From a virus: a stretch of 64,000 nt of DNA. The stretch covers positions 1 to 64,000 of IMG/VR virus record IMGVR_UViG_3300025073_000027; one strand, written 5' to 3'. Each line of letters starts with the position of its first letter. Position 1 is the stretch's first letter. Shown in pieces: positions 19,271-30,322 of this stretch. Made by a program: the position numbers and the translations under genes. The notes beneath the pieces were generated by a model. It ran no database searches and was not told the origin of the DNA. It worked only from the letters and a program-made list of their open reading frames with translations.

Positions 19271-19450
19271 TTTTATTCTCCTAATAATAAAATCGGATTT
19301 TTTATCTGTTATCTGTTATGGTATCCTGTTGTTCAATAGGATATTTTATAAATTATAAGTAGTAATAATATAATCAATAGTAATATGTCAATAGCGTCTA
19401 TTTGTTTTTTCATATTGTTTTTTCATAAGAAATATACCAGTAATTTACCA

Positions 19451-19822
19451 TTAACATGCCAAATAATTACCCTCTTTTAATCCATTAGTTACAATGTTAT
19501 TGTGCTTTACACATTCATAGCAGATTGATTCAACATCAAAACCAATATGATGATCATCTTTTAAATAAAGAGTATTTTTTATGCTTCCATTGTTATAATA
19601 ACGGGTTTTAAAATTATAGGTTAAAAATAATGCTACAATTTGATTAGCATTATCTGGTTGAACCTCCATAATATTATATTTTACTTCAAAATTTAAACCG
19701 GTATTTTCGTAGATGTGTCTAATTGCTACATCATTATAAACCTCCAAAATAATAATTTTGGGTAATTCTACAGTATATGGTTGACCATTTCCATTGATTC
19801 TAGTAATTGTATTTTCACACAT
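19451..19822 (-). CDS. Hypothetical protein
   Basis: RBS CAGGAG, promoter directly upstream. Confidence 0.7.
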   Translation of the reverse strand: MCENTITRINGNGQPYTVELPKIIILEVYNDVAIRHIYENTGLNFEVKYNIMEVQPDNANQIVALFLTYNFKTRYYNNGSIKNTLYLKDDHHIGFDVESICYECVKHNNIVTNGLKEGNYLAC

Positions 19823-19877
19823 TTTATAATCTCCTGTATTTGTGATTGTTATCTGTTATCTGTTATTCGATATATTG

Positions 19878-19906
19878 ATTATAAATCAATTTACAAATTT
19901 TGTCAA
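19878..19906 (-). promoter_or_regulatory. Consensus sigma70 promoter
   Basis: TTGACA-17-TATAAT. Confidence 0.8.
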
Positions 19907-19938
19907 TCATAAAAAATAATAATTATAAAATTGTTATT

Positions 19939-21759
19939 TTATTTTACATATGAATTATATACCGGATATTTTTCCACAAATTGAATTGTGGCATTAAATA
20001 AGTTAGGAGAAATAGAAAAACCATATGCATCATATGTTATAAGTTCCCTATCTTTAAATATATTGTAACATTCCTTACAATCATTTAGATCAGAATAACC
20101 TTCTAAAATTAAATTTACCTCATACTGTATACAAAAATTCTTTATTTTATTTTTATCAGTTATCTTTATATCATTATTCAATAAAAATGATATATCATTC
20201 ATTCTATTTACTACGCGCCGTAAAAATGGAGTAATTGACATTATATAATCTCCTGTTATCCTAATAAAAGTAATATTTTATCCTTTTAAATCATACATAT
20301 AATCAATATGATTATCATACCACGCGCCGCCGGTAATTTGAAAATGGATTAATCCTAATTCTAATAAAGCTTGTATAGCCTCATTTTCAGTATTAAATGA
20401 TTTTACTCTTGTTATAGGTAAATTTAAACTGTTTTTATCAGTATATGTTAATTCAATGGGTACACTTCCAACAATAGTATATTTATTGTTAGGAGTTTTT
20501 ATAATTGCAGTAGAAAATTTTCTATTGCCAAAAAATGATGATACGCTCATTTTATACTCCTTTAATGACAATAATATTTTGAAGTTTTAAATCCGTAAAC
20601 TTGATTAATATATTCTGGTAAAATCCATTCTGTTATAACGTCTTTTACTGATTTATTATAAGGATTATAATATATTCCTACCATTTCAGGAATTCCAAAT
20701 TTTGAATGTTCTTTTTTAGTCCATATTTCAACCCAAAATTTATTATTGTTTTTTAACATTATATAATCTCCTATTATGTTATCAATTATTCATTTATCAT
20801 ACAAGCTAAACATTGACTCTTAATTTTACAATCAATACAACCTTTTTCTAGACTGTTATAATAATTTTCTGAATCATCCAACCAATGATTATTTACCGAT
20901 AAAATGCCACTTGCTAACAATGAGGATAAGCACAATATAGACTCAATGTCATTTGATTTATGAATGATAGGATATCCGATATTTACGGTTTTTTTACTGT
21001 TTAACATGGGATATACTCCTGTTATGATCTAATTACCATTTATTTATATCAGATAAATTGTTATATAATCTCTCGCATATTGCCTCATATTTTAACGCCT
21101 CTTGAATATCACCGGATTCCCTTAGATCCATAGCAATTTTTTTATTTATAGCATATGCCTTAATAATCTTTATATCTGGTATGCTTATATTATACTTTTT
21201 AGCAGATAACCTAACATGGTTATCAATTTCACCAAATAAGGATAATAAATCATCTTTACTCATACAGTCTAGATTTAACATGATTTATTCTCCTATGATC
21301 TAATTTGATTTATTAGTTAAATCCATTATATCAATGTGACAAGCTATACCCTCTGTTGTTTGTGATTCAAAAATGGGAATCCCCTTATCATCATATAAAA
21401 CAATCGTTTTATAACCATTGTTTTCAATTACATTAAATGCATGTAATTTTAATTTTTTTGTTTTTTCCCATTCATTAATAAGTTTTGCCGGATTTTCTTC
21501 ATCTGTAAAATTAAAACCATTTTGTGTAAATTTCATTTCTGCTATTCCTTATAATAAAACTGGTATTTTATTGTTCTATTTTTTCCCCAAATCCAAAAAT
21601 AAATAAATTTGGAGAAATTCCAATCATAAAATAATACTGAAAAATATCCCAATCAAATTTATCAGATGATAAATGAGCAAAAATTATACCAATAATAATA
21701 AAAATTATAAACCAAATAAAAGTAGCTTTATTTGTTATCTTAAACGTATGCGTTTTCAT
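19939..21759 (-). CDS. Run of seven short hypothetical genes (19939-20241, 20278-20571, 20562-20759, 20786-21007, 21033-21281, 21300-21536, 21568-21759)
   Basis: Co-oriented ORFs, most with AGGAG/AGGA RBS; the last is a 2-TM protein. Confidence 0.6.
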
Positions 21760-21853
21760 TATATATATTCCTTGCCTCTTTTGTTCTGAATGTTTTTATA
21801 ATCCACATGTTATTTACTCCTATTATACAATGAAAATATAATTTTATTGCCTG

Positions 21854-22534
21854 TTATTTATCAGATAAAATAGGCATACTGTTATAAATGGATCTTACCT
21901 TTACAATGTCAATTTGTTCTAATTTACTACCATTCCAGTAATATAAATCATTTTGGGTATTTTGATTAAATTTAAATCTTTTTTCTTCTTCTTTTATAAT
22001 TTCATCATTAAAATTATGTTTATGATAAATTAACCATGTACCAGTATTTCTTACAAACCATAAAAATTTATTAGGTTTAATGGTATGAAGTAATAAAGCT
22101 TCGTGATAATAAAAATCTGTTTTATAGTGGATGATTTTATTATCTGCTATAGGTTTAAGAATTAACCAAATAGGATTATTTCTACCCTCTAAAATTTGCT
22201 TTTTAATTAATCTCATATTCCTTTTTACTTGTTTTTCACCCTCAATTAATGCTTTTTCTCCTACCAAATTTATAGTGCGCTCCCTATTTTGCCAATTTGC
22301 AAGAGAATCGTTTTCATGTAATAATAACCTATAATGTATTTGTTCTATACCCCTATATTTTTGTATTGATAATTTTTCTCTATCAATATCTGCCGAAACT
22401 TCTAAATATTCTTTTATATCTTCATATGGATAATAATAAGATTTACCCTTATTAACTGTTATCAATACAGATATTTCACCTGTATTTGTTAGGGTATAAT
22501 TTTTAAGGTTTTTTGTTCTCATTTTTGTTGTCAT
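21854..22534 (-). CDS. Hypothetical protein
   Basis: 226-aa ORF with RBS AAGGA. Confidence 0.75.
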   Translation of the reverse strand: MTTKMRTKNLKNYTLTNTGEISVLITVNKGKSYYYPYEDIKEYLEVSADIDREKLSIQKYRGIEQIHYRLLLHENDSLANWQNRERTINLVGEKALIEGEKQVKRNMRLIKKQILEGRNNPIWLILKPIADNKIIHYKTDFYYHEALLLHTIKPNKFLWFVRNTGTWLIYHKHNFNDEIIKEEEKRFKFNQNTQNDLYYWNGSKLEQIDIVKVRSIYNSMPILSDK

Positions 22535-22584
22535 TGGATTTTATCCTTTATATGATTATATCTTATTTTTGTTATGGTTTTCTG

Positions 22585-23102
22585 TTATCTTACAATGATT
22601 CTAGTTAATCCCTTATAATTTTCATTATACCACATTACATAAAATAGCGCGCCTATTTTATCGATAAATTTGGCAACAATTGTTATTTCTTCTTTTTCAT
22701 CATTGGTACAAAAATATCCTACTTCATACCATTTACCAGTATGATATTTAGTTAAATCTGTTATATTTATCATTATACTTTATTCCTTATTTTTGTTATG
22801 ATAAAAATACGATTTTATTATATCCAAATTGTTTTTATAGGATTGACATTTTTAGCCAAATTTATTTGATCATTTGCAAGCTTTTTTTCTTCTTCATTCC
22901 ATTTTGTATAATGTAAAAATTTATTGTTTTTATACATTGTGGCAAGTATATCTTCTTCAATTGTGTGTACCAATACATAGTAATTATCATTATTTATTAT
23001 TAGATTATTTTTGGTTATAATCATTTGATTTTTACTCCATAATTCTGTTATAGTCAAATAAAAAATACATTTTATCCGGTTTTTATTCTTCAGTAATAAC
23101 AA
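22585..23102 (-). CDS. Two short hypothetical genes (22585-22773, 22818-about 23024)
   Basis: Co-oriented ORFs separated by the palindrome at 22801. Confidence 0.55.
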
Positions 23103-23246
23103 TTTTTAAACTGTTTACAAGTGTAATTATAATTCGATAAGTAATAATTTTATCACTTGCTAAAATGATTATACCCTTATTAGAGTATTTCATTATTACC
23201 AATTTTATACCATTTATTGTATATTTCATATATTATTTTTATCCTC

Positions 23247-23462
23247 TTATTTCTGATAATAATTATCACCCTCAATTAATTTGATTACATTTCTTAATGT
23301 CCCTCTTGAAACGTCCTTACCCTTTGGAATGCTTAAGGGAGGTTTATTATTACCCTTATAAATATCATGGCTACCTGTAGTATGATCATAATAATAACCT
23401 TCATTTTCTACCAGTTTAATAAGATCTTTTCGTTTTCGAATATTGGTTAATGAATTTTTCAT
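23247..23462 (-). CDS. hicA: HicA family toxin-like RNase, orphan
   Basis: DLIKLVENEGYYYDHTTGSHDIYK...SIPKGKDVSRGTLRNVIK; the promoter at 23502-23530 places the start at ATG 23462. Confidence 0.8.
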   Translation of the reverse strand: MKNSLTNIRKRKDLIKLVENEGYYYDHTTGSHDIYKGNNKPPLSIPKGKDVSRGTLRNVIKLIEGDNYYQK

Positions 23463-23501
23463 TTCTGTTATCCTATTATCTATTATTGTTATTCTGTTAT
23501 T

Positions 23502-23530
23502 ATTATAAATGTTTTCTATTTTATTGTCAA
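23502..23530 (-). promoter_or_regulatory. Consensus sigma70 promoter for hicA
   Basis: TTGACA-17-TATAAT. Confidence 0.8.
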
Positions 23531-23569
23531 TTATCATATTTTACAAATATCCAATTTGTGCTATTTGTG

Positions 23570-23639
23570 CCATTCTAAGCGATTTTTATATTATTATGAT
23601 ATATGGATACCATTTTATAATTTAAATCGCTTAGAATGG
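23570..23639. repeat. 16-bp perfect inverted repeat with 38-bp spacer
   Basis: ccattctaagcgattt (23570-85) / aaatcgcttagaatgg (23624-39). Confidence 0.85.
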
Positions 23640-23663
23640 TTATTATTGCCATATAAGAGTATT

Positions 23664-24002
23664 TTAAACCTCATTTACGCGAATAGGTGACAATGAAGAA
23701 TGAGAGGTACAATGCATTTCTCCTATTGGATATGAATCCGATTCACGGTTTATATAAATATTAATATCATCTCCCAATAAATCAAGTTTACATGATATCC
23801 CAAAAGCTTTTTTAATCTGATAATATGTAGGATAAGCGGATTTAAATTGCATAGAGGTATCAGGATTATTAACCTCAATTTTAAGGTTAATGGGATAATT
23901 TCTATTAAAGCAAAATTGATCATTAACACTGAATCCTTCTTCAGAATTACCCCAAACATCACAACTCCATAATTCCCATGTAGTTTTTACGGTTTTTTTC
24001 AT
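23664..24002 (-). CDS. Hypothetical phage protein
   Basis: DVWGNSEEGFSVND motif; RBS AAGGAG. Confidence 0.75.
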   Translation of the reverse strand: MKKTVKTTWELWSCDVWGNSEEGFSVNDQFCFNRNYPINLKIEVNNPDTSMQFKSAYPTYYQIKKAFGISCKLDLLGDDINIYINRESDSYPIGEMHCTSHSSLSPIRVNEV

Positions 24003-24241
24003 TTGATTTTTACTCCTTTTATTGCCTGTTATCTGGTAAGATGAAATTATTTTATTGATTTTTATTTTCTAATTCTTTAATACGGTTTTCCAATTCTTCA
24101 AATTTAAGCATTGTAAGGATTGTTATAAACGTCAACCATCCAAAAATTATAATAAACGTTTCAATATTCATGTTATACATTCCTCATTGTTAGATCTAAT
24201 GAAATTATTGTTTTATCTGGTAGAATATATTTAATTATAAT

Positions 24242-27180
24242 TTATTTAATATTTGGATTCTCTGAATCATATTCTCGCCACTCATTAATTAAATCTGTTA
24301 TAACTGGATTATTGGATAAATCACCCTCAATAAGCCAATCATAAATTTCTTGAATTTTGTTAGAATAAAAATATTTATCATCTAAATGTCCAAAGCACGC
24401 ATTGTAAATTTTTTCTGAAATAGATTGAATAGTATTGACGTTCATTTTATCTCCTTTTAAAGCTTGTTAATAAAATAATGGTTTTATCAGTCTAAATCAA
24501 TATGAAAATCGGCAATAAATAAACCATGAAAACCGATTCCCCATTTATAAAACCATAATGCAAAAGGCCATAAACCGGATTTATTTATTGAATATTTGTG
24601 CAAGCATAATCTAATTTGAAAATTTTTATTAAATATCCGATAAAATTTTTTTCTTACAATGATTTTATCCATGATTTAATCTCCTGTTATAGTCTACCAG
24701 ATAAATAAATGATTTTATCCGGTTTTATCGTTTATTTTTCTTCTTTTAAACTATCATTTAAAACCTTTTTACAATCCGCGCATATTCTGTTATCATTTAA
24801 AATTTGATCATTTGTTACATTATATAATGTAGAATAATGCATGAATGTATCATCTTCATTAATAACGGATTCTCTATTGATTTTACAGAATGGTTGACCG
24901 GCATAAAATCCTGAAAAGGTTAAATGTATCATGGTTTTATTATATCCTTTTTTTGTTGAATCTATGTTAGATGTTATTAGGATTAAAATTTATTGTCATT
25001 ATTTTTAAATACAGTTACACAATACATTAAACCTATTAGGGGTAAACTCATTATAATAAAAGGCATTGAGGCTTGTATGATTGATTCTAGCATGGTTTTT
25101 TTACTCCTGTTATCTATTATTTATTATTTGTTATAGTTTATTGTGTTATTCTGGTAAGATCCATTATATTATGAATTGTTTATTTTATGATAGTTTACTT
25201 CTTACAATTTCTATATGGTTAGAATGGATGTTATCATTTTTTAGATCCTCTAGTAAGGATTTTTTAAGTTTACTGAAGAATTCATTTAAGGATTTAATGA
25301 TTTTTACCGGATTCCCTTTGGTTTTTCTGAATGATAATTTTTTACTGTTATATACCAGATAGGGAGAATTAGGTTTAATATGATAGGTTTTATGGTTATT
25401 CTCTAATGATATAACAGATAGTTCAGATTCTAGATTGATATTTTTTGTAAACTCTTTAAAATTTTCTTCACTAATTAAAAATCCTACTTGTAAAATATCA
25501 TTGTCTAAATAATTATTTATGCATTCGCTCCTATTTTCTGCTAAATAGCAATTAATAGAAATAGAAGGATATAAATTTTTTGACAGTCTAACAATGATTT
25601 TACTTTTTGGAAAATGATCATAGTATGATTTTTCAATTTCTGTTATTAGTTGATTAGTTTTCATGATTTTTTATCCTTATTATAAAATCCTGATTTTATT
25701 TGTGATTAGTTATTTCTGTTAGGTATTTTATGGCCTTTTTAATTGTCATTTTATAAACTTGATTCAAATGTAAAATAGAATAACCACGCGTTCTATAAAT
25801 ATTATCTATGCAATATTCTATTTTACAACGGTTATTTATAAGAGTATACTTCCAATTTTCATTATCAGTATGATTTTTCATTGTATAAACTCCTGTTATC
25901 CTGATTATATCCTGTTATAGTCTTAATTAGTTAAAATAATTCAACACGATAATGATCTAAGTTTAGCATAAAATCATCATATGAATCGCATATAGAACGA
26001 TTTAAAATACTTGCACCAAATAACCAAATATTACCGTCATCACATAAGGCATAAATTTTGTCAGTATAGGGAAGCTTGCCTATCTTCTTAATTATGGATA
26101 ATACCGGTTTATTGTTGGTTGGTTGGATTTTTGATCGATTCATGTGATTTTATTCCTTATTATTTATTGCATCTGGTAGAATGATTCTTGTTGTCATTTA
26201 AAGGTATTATAATTCCTAATTGGATAATTTACCGGATGATAAGAGGGGTAAGAAGAGTATAAGAGGGGTAAATTATCCTATAGGATTATAATGGTTTATT
26301 GGTTTTTTTCATAGTGGATAATTGCCTTACATTCGCGCCCTCTTAAATCCAGATCCATATTAATGATTTTACAATTTATCGTTTGAATCTCATTTGCTAA
26401 ACGAGTACAAAAATCACCAAATGATTCACGTTCTTCTGTTTTTTGGGCGATAACATATTCCTTAACCATGGTTTTCTCCTTATTTATTGGATCTAATGAA
26501 ATTAGATTTTTATTAGGGTTTAAAGAATATTGCCCTTATGGTCAATTTGCACAATCGATATTAACTCATTTGTATACCGATTACAATAGCTATAAATAAC
26601 ATTGCCAGTTAATTGGTTAAAATTGGTTGACATTGTAACAGGTATTGAAAAATTTTTAAAAATATTTTGAGATATTTTATCCTGTTTTTTTGAGGTGGTT
26701 TTATACATTCCATTAGGGTATTTGTTAGACATTTGATTTTTACTCCTTATTTGTTGGATCGATCCTGATGAAATAATCGTTTTATTGTTGATTATTATCT
26801 TCTGTTTTTTCTTCTTCAGTAGGGTTATCAGTATAATTACCTATACCGGTATAAAATTTATAATCATCTTGGCATAAATCATAATGAGGATTAAAATCCT
26901 TATAGGGGATTGGATCTCGATTATATAAAGCTTTAAATGAGGGTGATTTTTTCATGGTTTTTTTTATGTCCTGTTTTTACTTGAAAATATAAATTCCTGT
27001 AGTTTTCAAATATAGCGTAGTGCTATTTTTATTATAGCGAATTCCGGTAATTTCTACCAGTTTATTTTTAGTCCTGAAGAGGTTTTTTATTTCTTCAATA
27101 AGCTTATCATCATTATCAGGATATAAACCTGAATTATACTTTTTACCGTCTAGAAAAAAATTGTATTTTTTTGTTTTCAT
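24242..27180 (-). CDS. Run of short early hypothetical genes (24242-24445, 24487-24672, 24732-24932, 25185-25664, 25696-25881, 25931-26143, 26520-26732, 26977-27180, plus unlisted ORFs under 60 aa)
   Basis: Co-oriented ORFs with RBS, many bounded by the junction palindrome. Confidence 0.6.
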
Positions 27181-28000
27181 AATTTTTTTGTCCTGTCTGA
27201 TAAAATTTGTTTTTTATTATCTTATTGAGTAGGATTATCTCTCGATAATCCTATCGGATAAAACAATAAAATTTTTATTATTAATATTGTTTGGCCTTCA
27301 AAGTAATATTTTTTATATCAGATAATAATTTATTTAATGCCCTATCAGAAATATAATCGTAATTTGAATTAATGCGGATAATTTCAATTTTGAAATTTTT
27401 AATTTCATCATTGATTTTTTTTAGTGTATCATTTTTTGGGGTATTTTTTGTTTTCGGCATTTCATAATCTCCTTATTTTTTATATATCCTATTCAATTAA
27501 TAACATTGTACCATAGAATATATGCAATTGTGCCAACCAATTTATAACGAGTTTGTAAATATTTATTGCATTTATTGTAAGTTTATTATAGGTGATTATT
27601 ACAATACTTGTATAAATGATGATAGCATATTTACAAATATTGTAAAAAAAACCCAACAGGAACGATTCTAAGCAATTTAAAATAGTAAAAGGTAGTAAAC
27701 TACCTATAATTTAAAAAACCTCAAAATGGTATCTAATAACGATTGTACCAAATAGCACTATTTTTCACAATTAAATACTTATTGAAATTGTAAGTTTATA
27801 AGTAAAATTATTTTGCATTTATTGATTTTTTGTAAGTTTATAAGCTTATAACAGGGTATAAATGTTAATAAATTGTAAAAATTACAAAATTGATAGGGTT
27901 TTTAGGGTTTTATCTGGTAGAATTGAATTAATTGTAAGATCGATCTATTAAGATAAACGATAAGAAGATAAGATGATAAACGATAAGGAGTAAATAAATT

Positions 28001-28195
28001 ATGCTATCAGAAATTGAATCAATTTTAGCAAGTGCTGAAAAATTAGCACAAAATAATCCGATTGAGTTTATCGGATTAATATTATTTTTCATGGTTTTAT
28101 TTATAATCGTCATTCCAGGAATTACCACCGCGAATGATACTAGCAGAGACAGAACGCATTCAGGAAAATACTTACATGGTAGAATGATCAAATGA
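28001..28195 (+). CDS. Small single-TM membrane protein (lone plus-strand gene in the control region)
   Basis: RBS AAGGAG at about 27985; hydrophobic FIGLILFFMVLFIIVIP. Confidence 0.65.
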   Translation: MLSEIESILASAEKLAQNNPIEFIGLILFFMVLFIIVIPGITTANDTSRDRTHSGKYLHGRMIK

Positions 28196-28240
28196 GGATA
28201 GAAGATAACAGATAGATTGATAATTGAATAAATGCAAGGG

Positions 28241-28283
28241 ATAAATAAGAGCTGAAAATAAAAATATTTCAGCTCTTATTTAT
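28241..28283 (+). terminator. Intrinsic terminator
   Basis: ataaataagagctgaaa / tttcagctcttatttat followed by a T-rich tract. Confidence 0.75.
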
Positions 28284-29338
28284 TTTGTTGGTTGGTTTTT
28301 TGGTTGGTTGGTTTATTTGTTGGATCTATAATTATTATCTGATATACAATTATGGTATGCAATTAAGCGATAATGGTATGAATACGCTATTATATGAAGA
28401 GAGTATGATTATAGAAGGGAATGATGAAAATTAGTTAAGTATACTTAACTATTAATACTTCTTATCTAATATTCTTGTTATAAAATTGGTAAATACTACC
28501 CCTATTATCATATAGCCTATACAAAATATATAATATTTATTAATAAAATCATAATAATTGCATAACCATATAATAATCGTGGTAGATCGAATAAATAAAA
28601 CCGGTATAAACTCGATTATTACCCCTTTTCGCTCCTGAAATAACCTCAAAAATGATCAACGGCCTATTTTTATCCCTTTTCCTTGCGATTATATACTAAT
28701 AATCACAAGCAATTGATCCTGTAAGATGCTGAAGAAGTTTACTAGAATACTTGTATGAATGATCACTCCCATATATCCCCCTCCTTTACATGCCTGAAAA
28801 CCGGCAGAGACAGCATACGCCATATAGCACATCAATTCACACCCTCACAAGACAATATCTTATACCGTCCTCATATCACCAACTTATCACCAAACATTCT
28901 CCCTAATTACAAATTCTTTTATCACTATATTTCTAAATTCCTAAAAATCTCTAAAAATATAAAAAAAATATTCAAAAATAATATCTGTATCCTAAAAACC
29001 TCTAAAAACCCCTAAACCCTACTTAAAACATCTCTAAACACACCATACTAGAACACTCCTATAAAAACACCACAAACAACTTATAACTTAAAACTATATT
29101 AATACTACTTACCGTTAAGAATATCAACATAATAGAATATAACTATAAAAAATGAAACTGGAACATAGAAATCTAACTTGATTTAAAAATATAGTAAAAA
29201 CAACTGTAAACAGCTAAAACATTAAAACCAAATAAATTAAATAAACTATCAAATAAACCAAATAAAAAAATACCCCAAAATCCATTACTTAGGATTCTAA
29301 GGTATCTCTTACTCGAACAAATAAACAACAAAATATAA

Positions 29339-30097
29339 TTATTGCTCTTTTAATTTATCTTGATCTTTTGTCTTGTTTTTATATAAAACTAATTTACCGT
29401 CTTTTTTCAAACCATTACAATGTTTACATAGTAATTGTAAATTATCCAAATCATTTGTTCCCCCTTCTATCAAGGGATTTATATGATCGATAGTTAATCC
29501 ATGTACCGTATTACATCCTTGACAGCAATAACCATCTCTTCTTCCAACTTTCATAAAATAATAATCATAATCCTTAGCAATTTCTCTTCGTTTCTTTTTA
29601 GATGATTTTCTATTTTCGATTGTAATACGAACTTCTTTATATGCACTAACTAATTTACGATATGTTCTATTGATAATTTTATATTCAATATAAGGTTTTA
29701 AAGTCATAATATCTAACTTTAAATTATTTAAAAATCTTGAATCACAATCATCGCCAAATTCATCAATTTCGAATTCTAATTTTTCATCTCCCCACATTGG
29801 AGATTTAATTGCTTTTGGAAACCCTAATCCAGTTAAATAATAATCAAATCCATTCATTTCAGTTTCTATACATAAATTATAAGCTTCGCAAATTTTATAA
29901 TGCTCTTGTATTAATTCTAAATCAGATTTAGTAATAGTAACAATTTCATTATCCAATAAATATTCATTTAAATTTTTTATTGATAATAAAATAAAATTAT
30001 TATTATAATTATAATCATTCCAAAATCCAATTCTACAAGAAATATCATTATTTAATTTTATATTTCTAAAAATTTCTGAATCTTCTGACATTTTCAT
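29339..30097 (-). CDS. HNH endonuclease
   Basis: RRDGYCCQGC...LTIDHINPLIEGGTNDLDNLQLLCKHCNGLK. Confidence 0.9.
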   Translation of the reverse strand: MKMSEDSEIFRNIKLNNDISCRIGFWNDYNYNNNFILLSIKNLNEYLLDNEIVTITKSDLELIQEHYKICEAYNLCIETEMNGFDYYLTGLGFPKAIKSPMWGDEKLEFEIDEFGDDCDSRFLNNLKLDIMTLKPYIEYKIINRTYRKLVSAYKEVRITIENRKSSKKKRREIAKDYDYYFMKVGRRDGYCCQGCNTVHGLTIDHINPLIEGGTNDLDNLQLLCKHCNGLKKDGKLVLYKNKTKDQDKLKEQ

Positions 30098-30136
30098 TCT
30101 CCTTTATTTTTATAATTTGCGATCTATTTTTTATTG

Positions 30137-30160
30137 AAGATTGCGATTTATCGCAATCTT
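30137..30160. terminator. Perfect hairpin between the HNH gene and the iteron array
   Basis: aagattgcga-ttta-tcgcaatctt. Confidence 0.5.
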
Positions 30161-30221
30161 TATATTCATCATATTATTCTTTTTATATTATTAAATAATA
30201 GTAATACTAATATTATTTTCT

Positions 30222-30322
30222 AGGTACTACGTACCTGCGAGTTAGGTACTACGTACCTTAGAGGAGGTACTACGTACCTGTGGACAGTTACTACGTACCT
30301 AACTAGTAGGTACTACGTACCT
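30222..30322. repeat. Five palindromic 15-bp iterons AGGTACTACGTACCT with 21-22 bp period; probable replication origin
   Basis: Copies at 30222, 30244, 30265, 30286 (1 mismatch), 30308; AT-rich tract at about 30160-30220; directly downstream of the wHTH gene. Confidence 0.8.

Larger units (their letters stand above)
1470..27217. repeat. Dispersed 18-bp palindrome ATAAAA-N6-TTTTAT (variants ATGAAA/ATCAAA/ATAGAA/ATAAAT) at gene junctions, about 45 copies
   Basis: Exact copies start at 1470, 1905, 3153, 3683, 4315, 9593, 10079, 10520, 14570, 15264, 16922, 18264, 18759, 19073, 19925, 20264, 21554, 22801, 24470, 25682, 27200; near-exact variants at 3928, 4131, 4570, 4900, 5083, 5284, 5575, 6657, 6929, 7765, 8588, 8874, 9160, 10311, 13062, 13561, 14795, 15015, 17688, 18283, 21830, 24199, 24701, 26496, 26768. 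Confidence 0.9.

Noticed and set aside
734-25362. Plus-strand ORFs in the left arm (e.g. 734-943, 10016-10477, 10651-10995, 11848-12126, 25081-25362)
   Set aside because: Antisense shadows of well-supported minus-strand genes, without RBSs
1470-27217. Junction palindromes as ordinary intrinsic terminators
   Set aside because: All-AT 6-bp stems would be very weak, the core length is fixed at 6, and they lie inside apparent operons; real GC-containing terminators occur separately
28755-29015. 86-aa plus-strand ORF
   Set aside because: No RBS; arises from the G-poor compositional bias
30222-30322. Possible mini-CRISPR array
   Set aside because: Repeats are 15 bp with 6-7 bp spacers, far too short; no cas genes; helical phasing fits iterons
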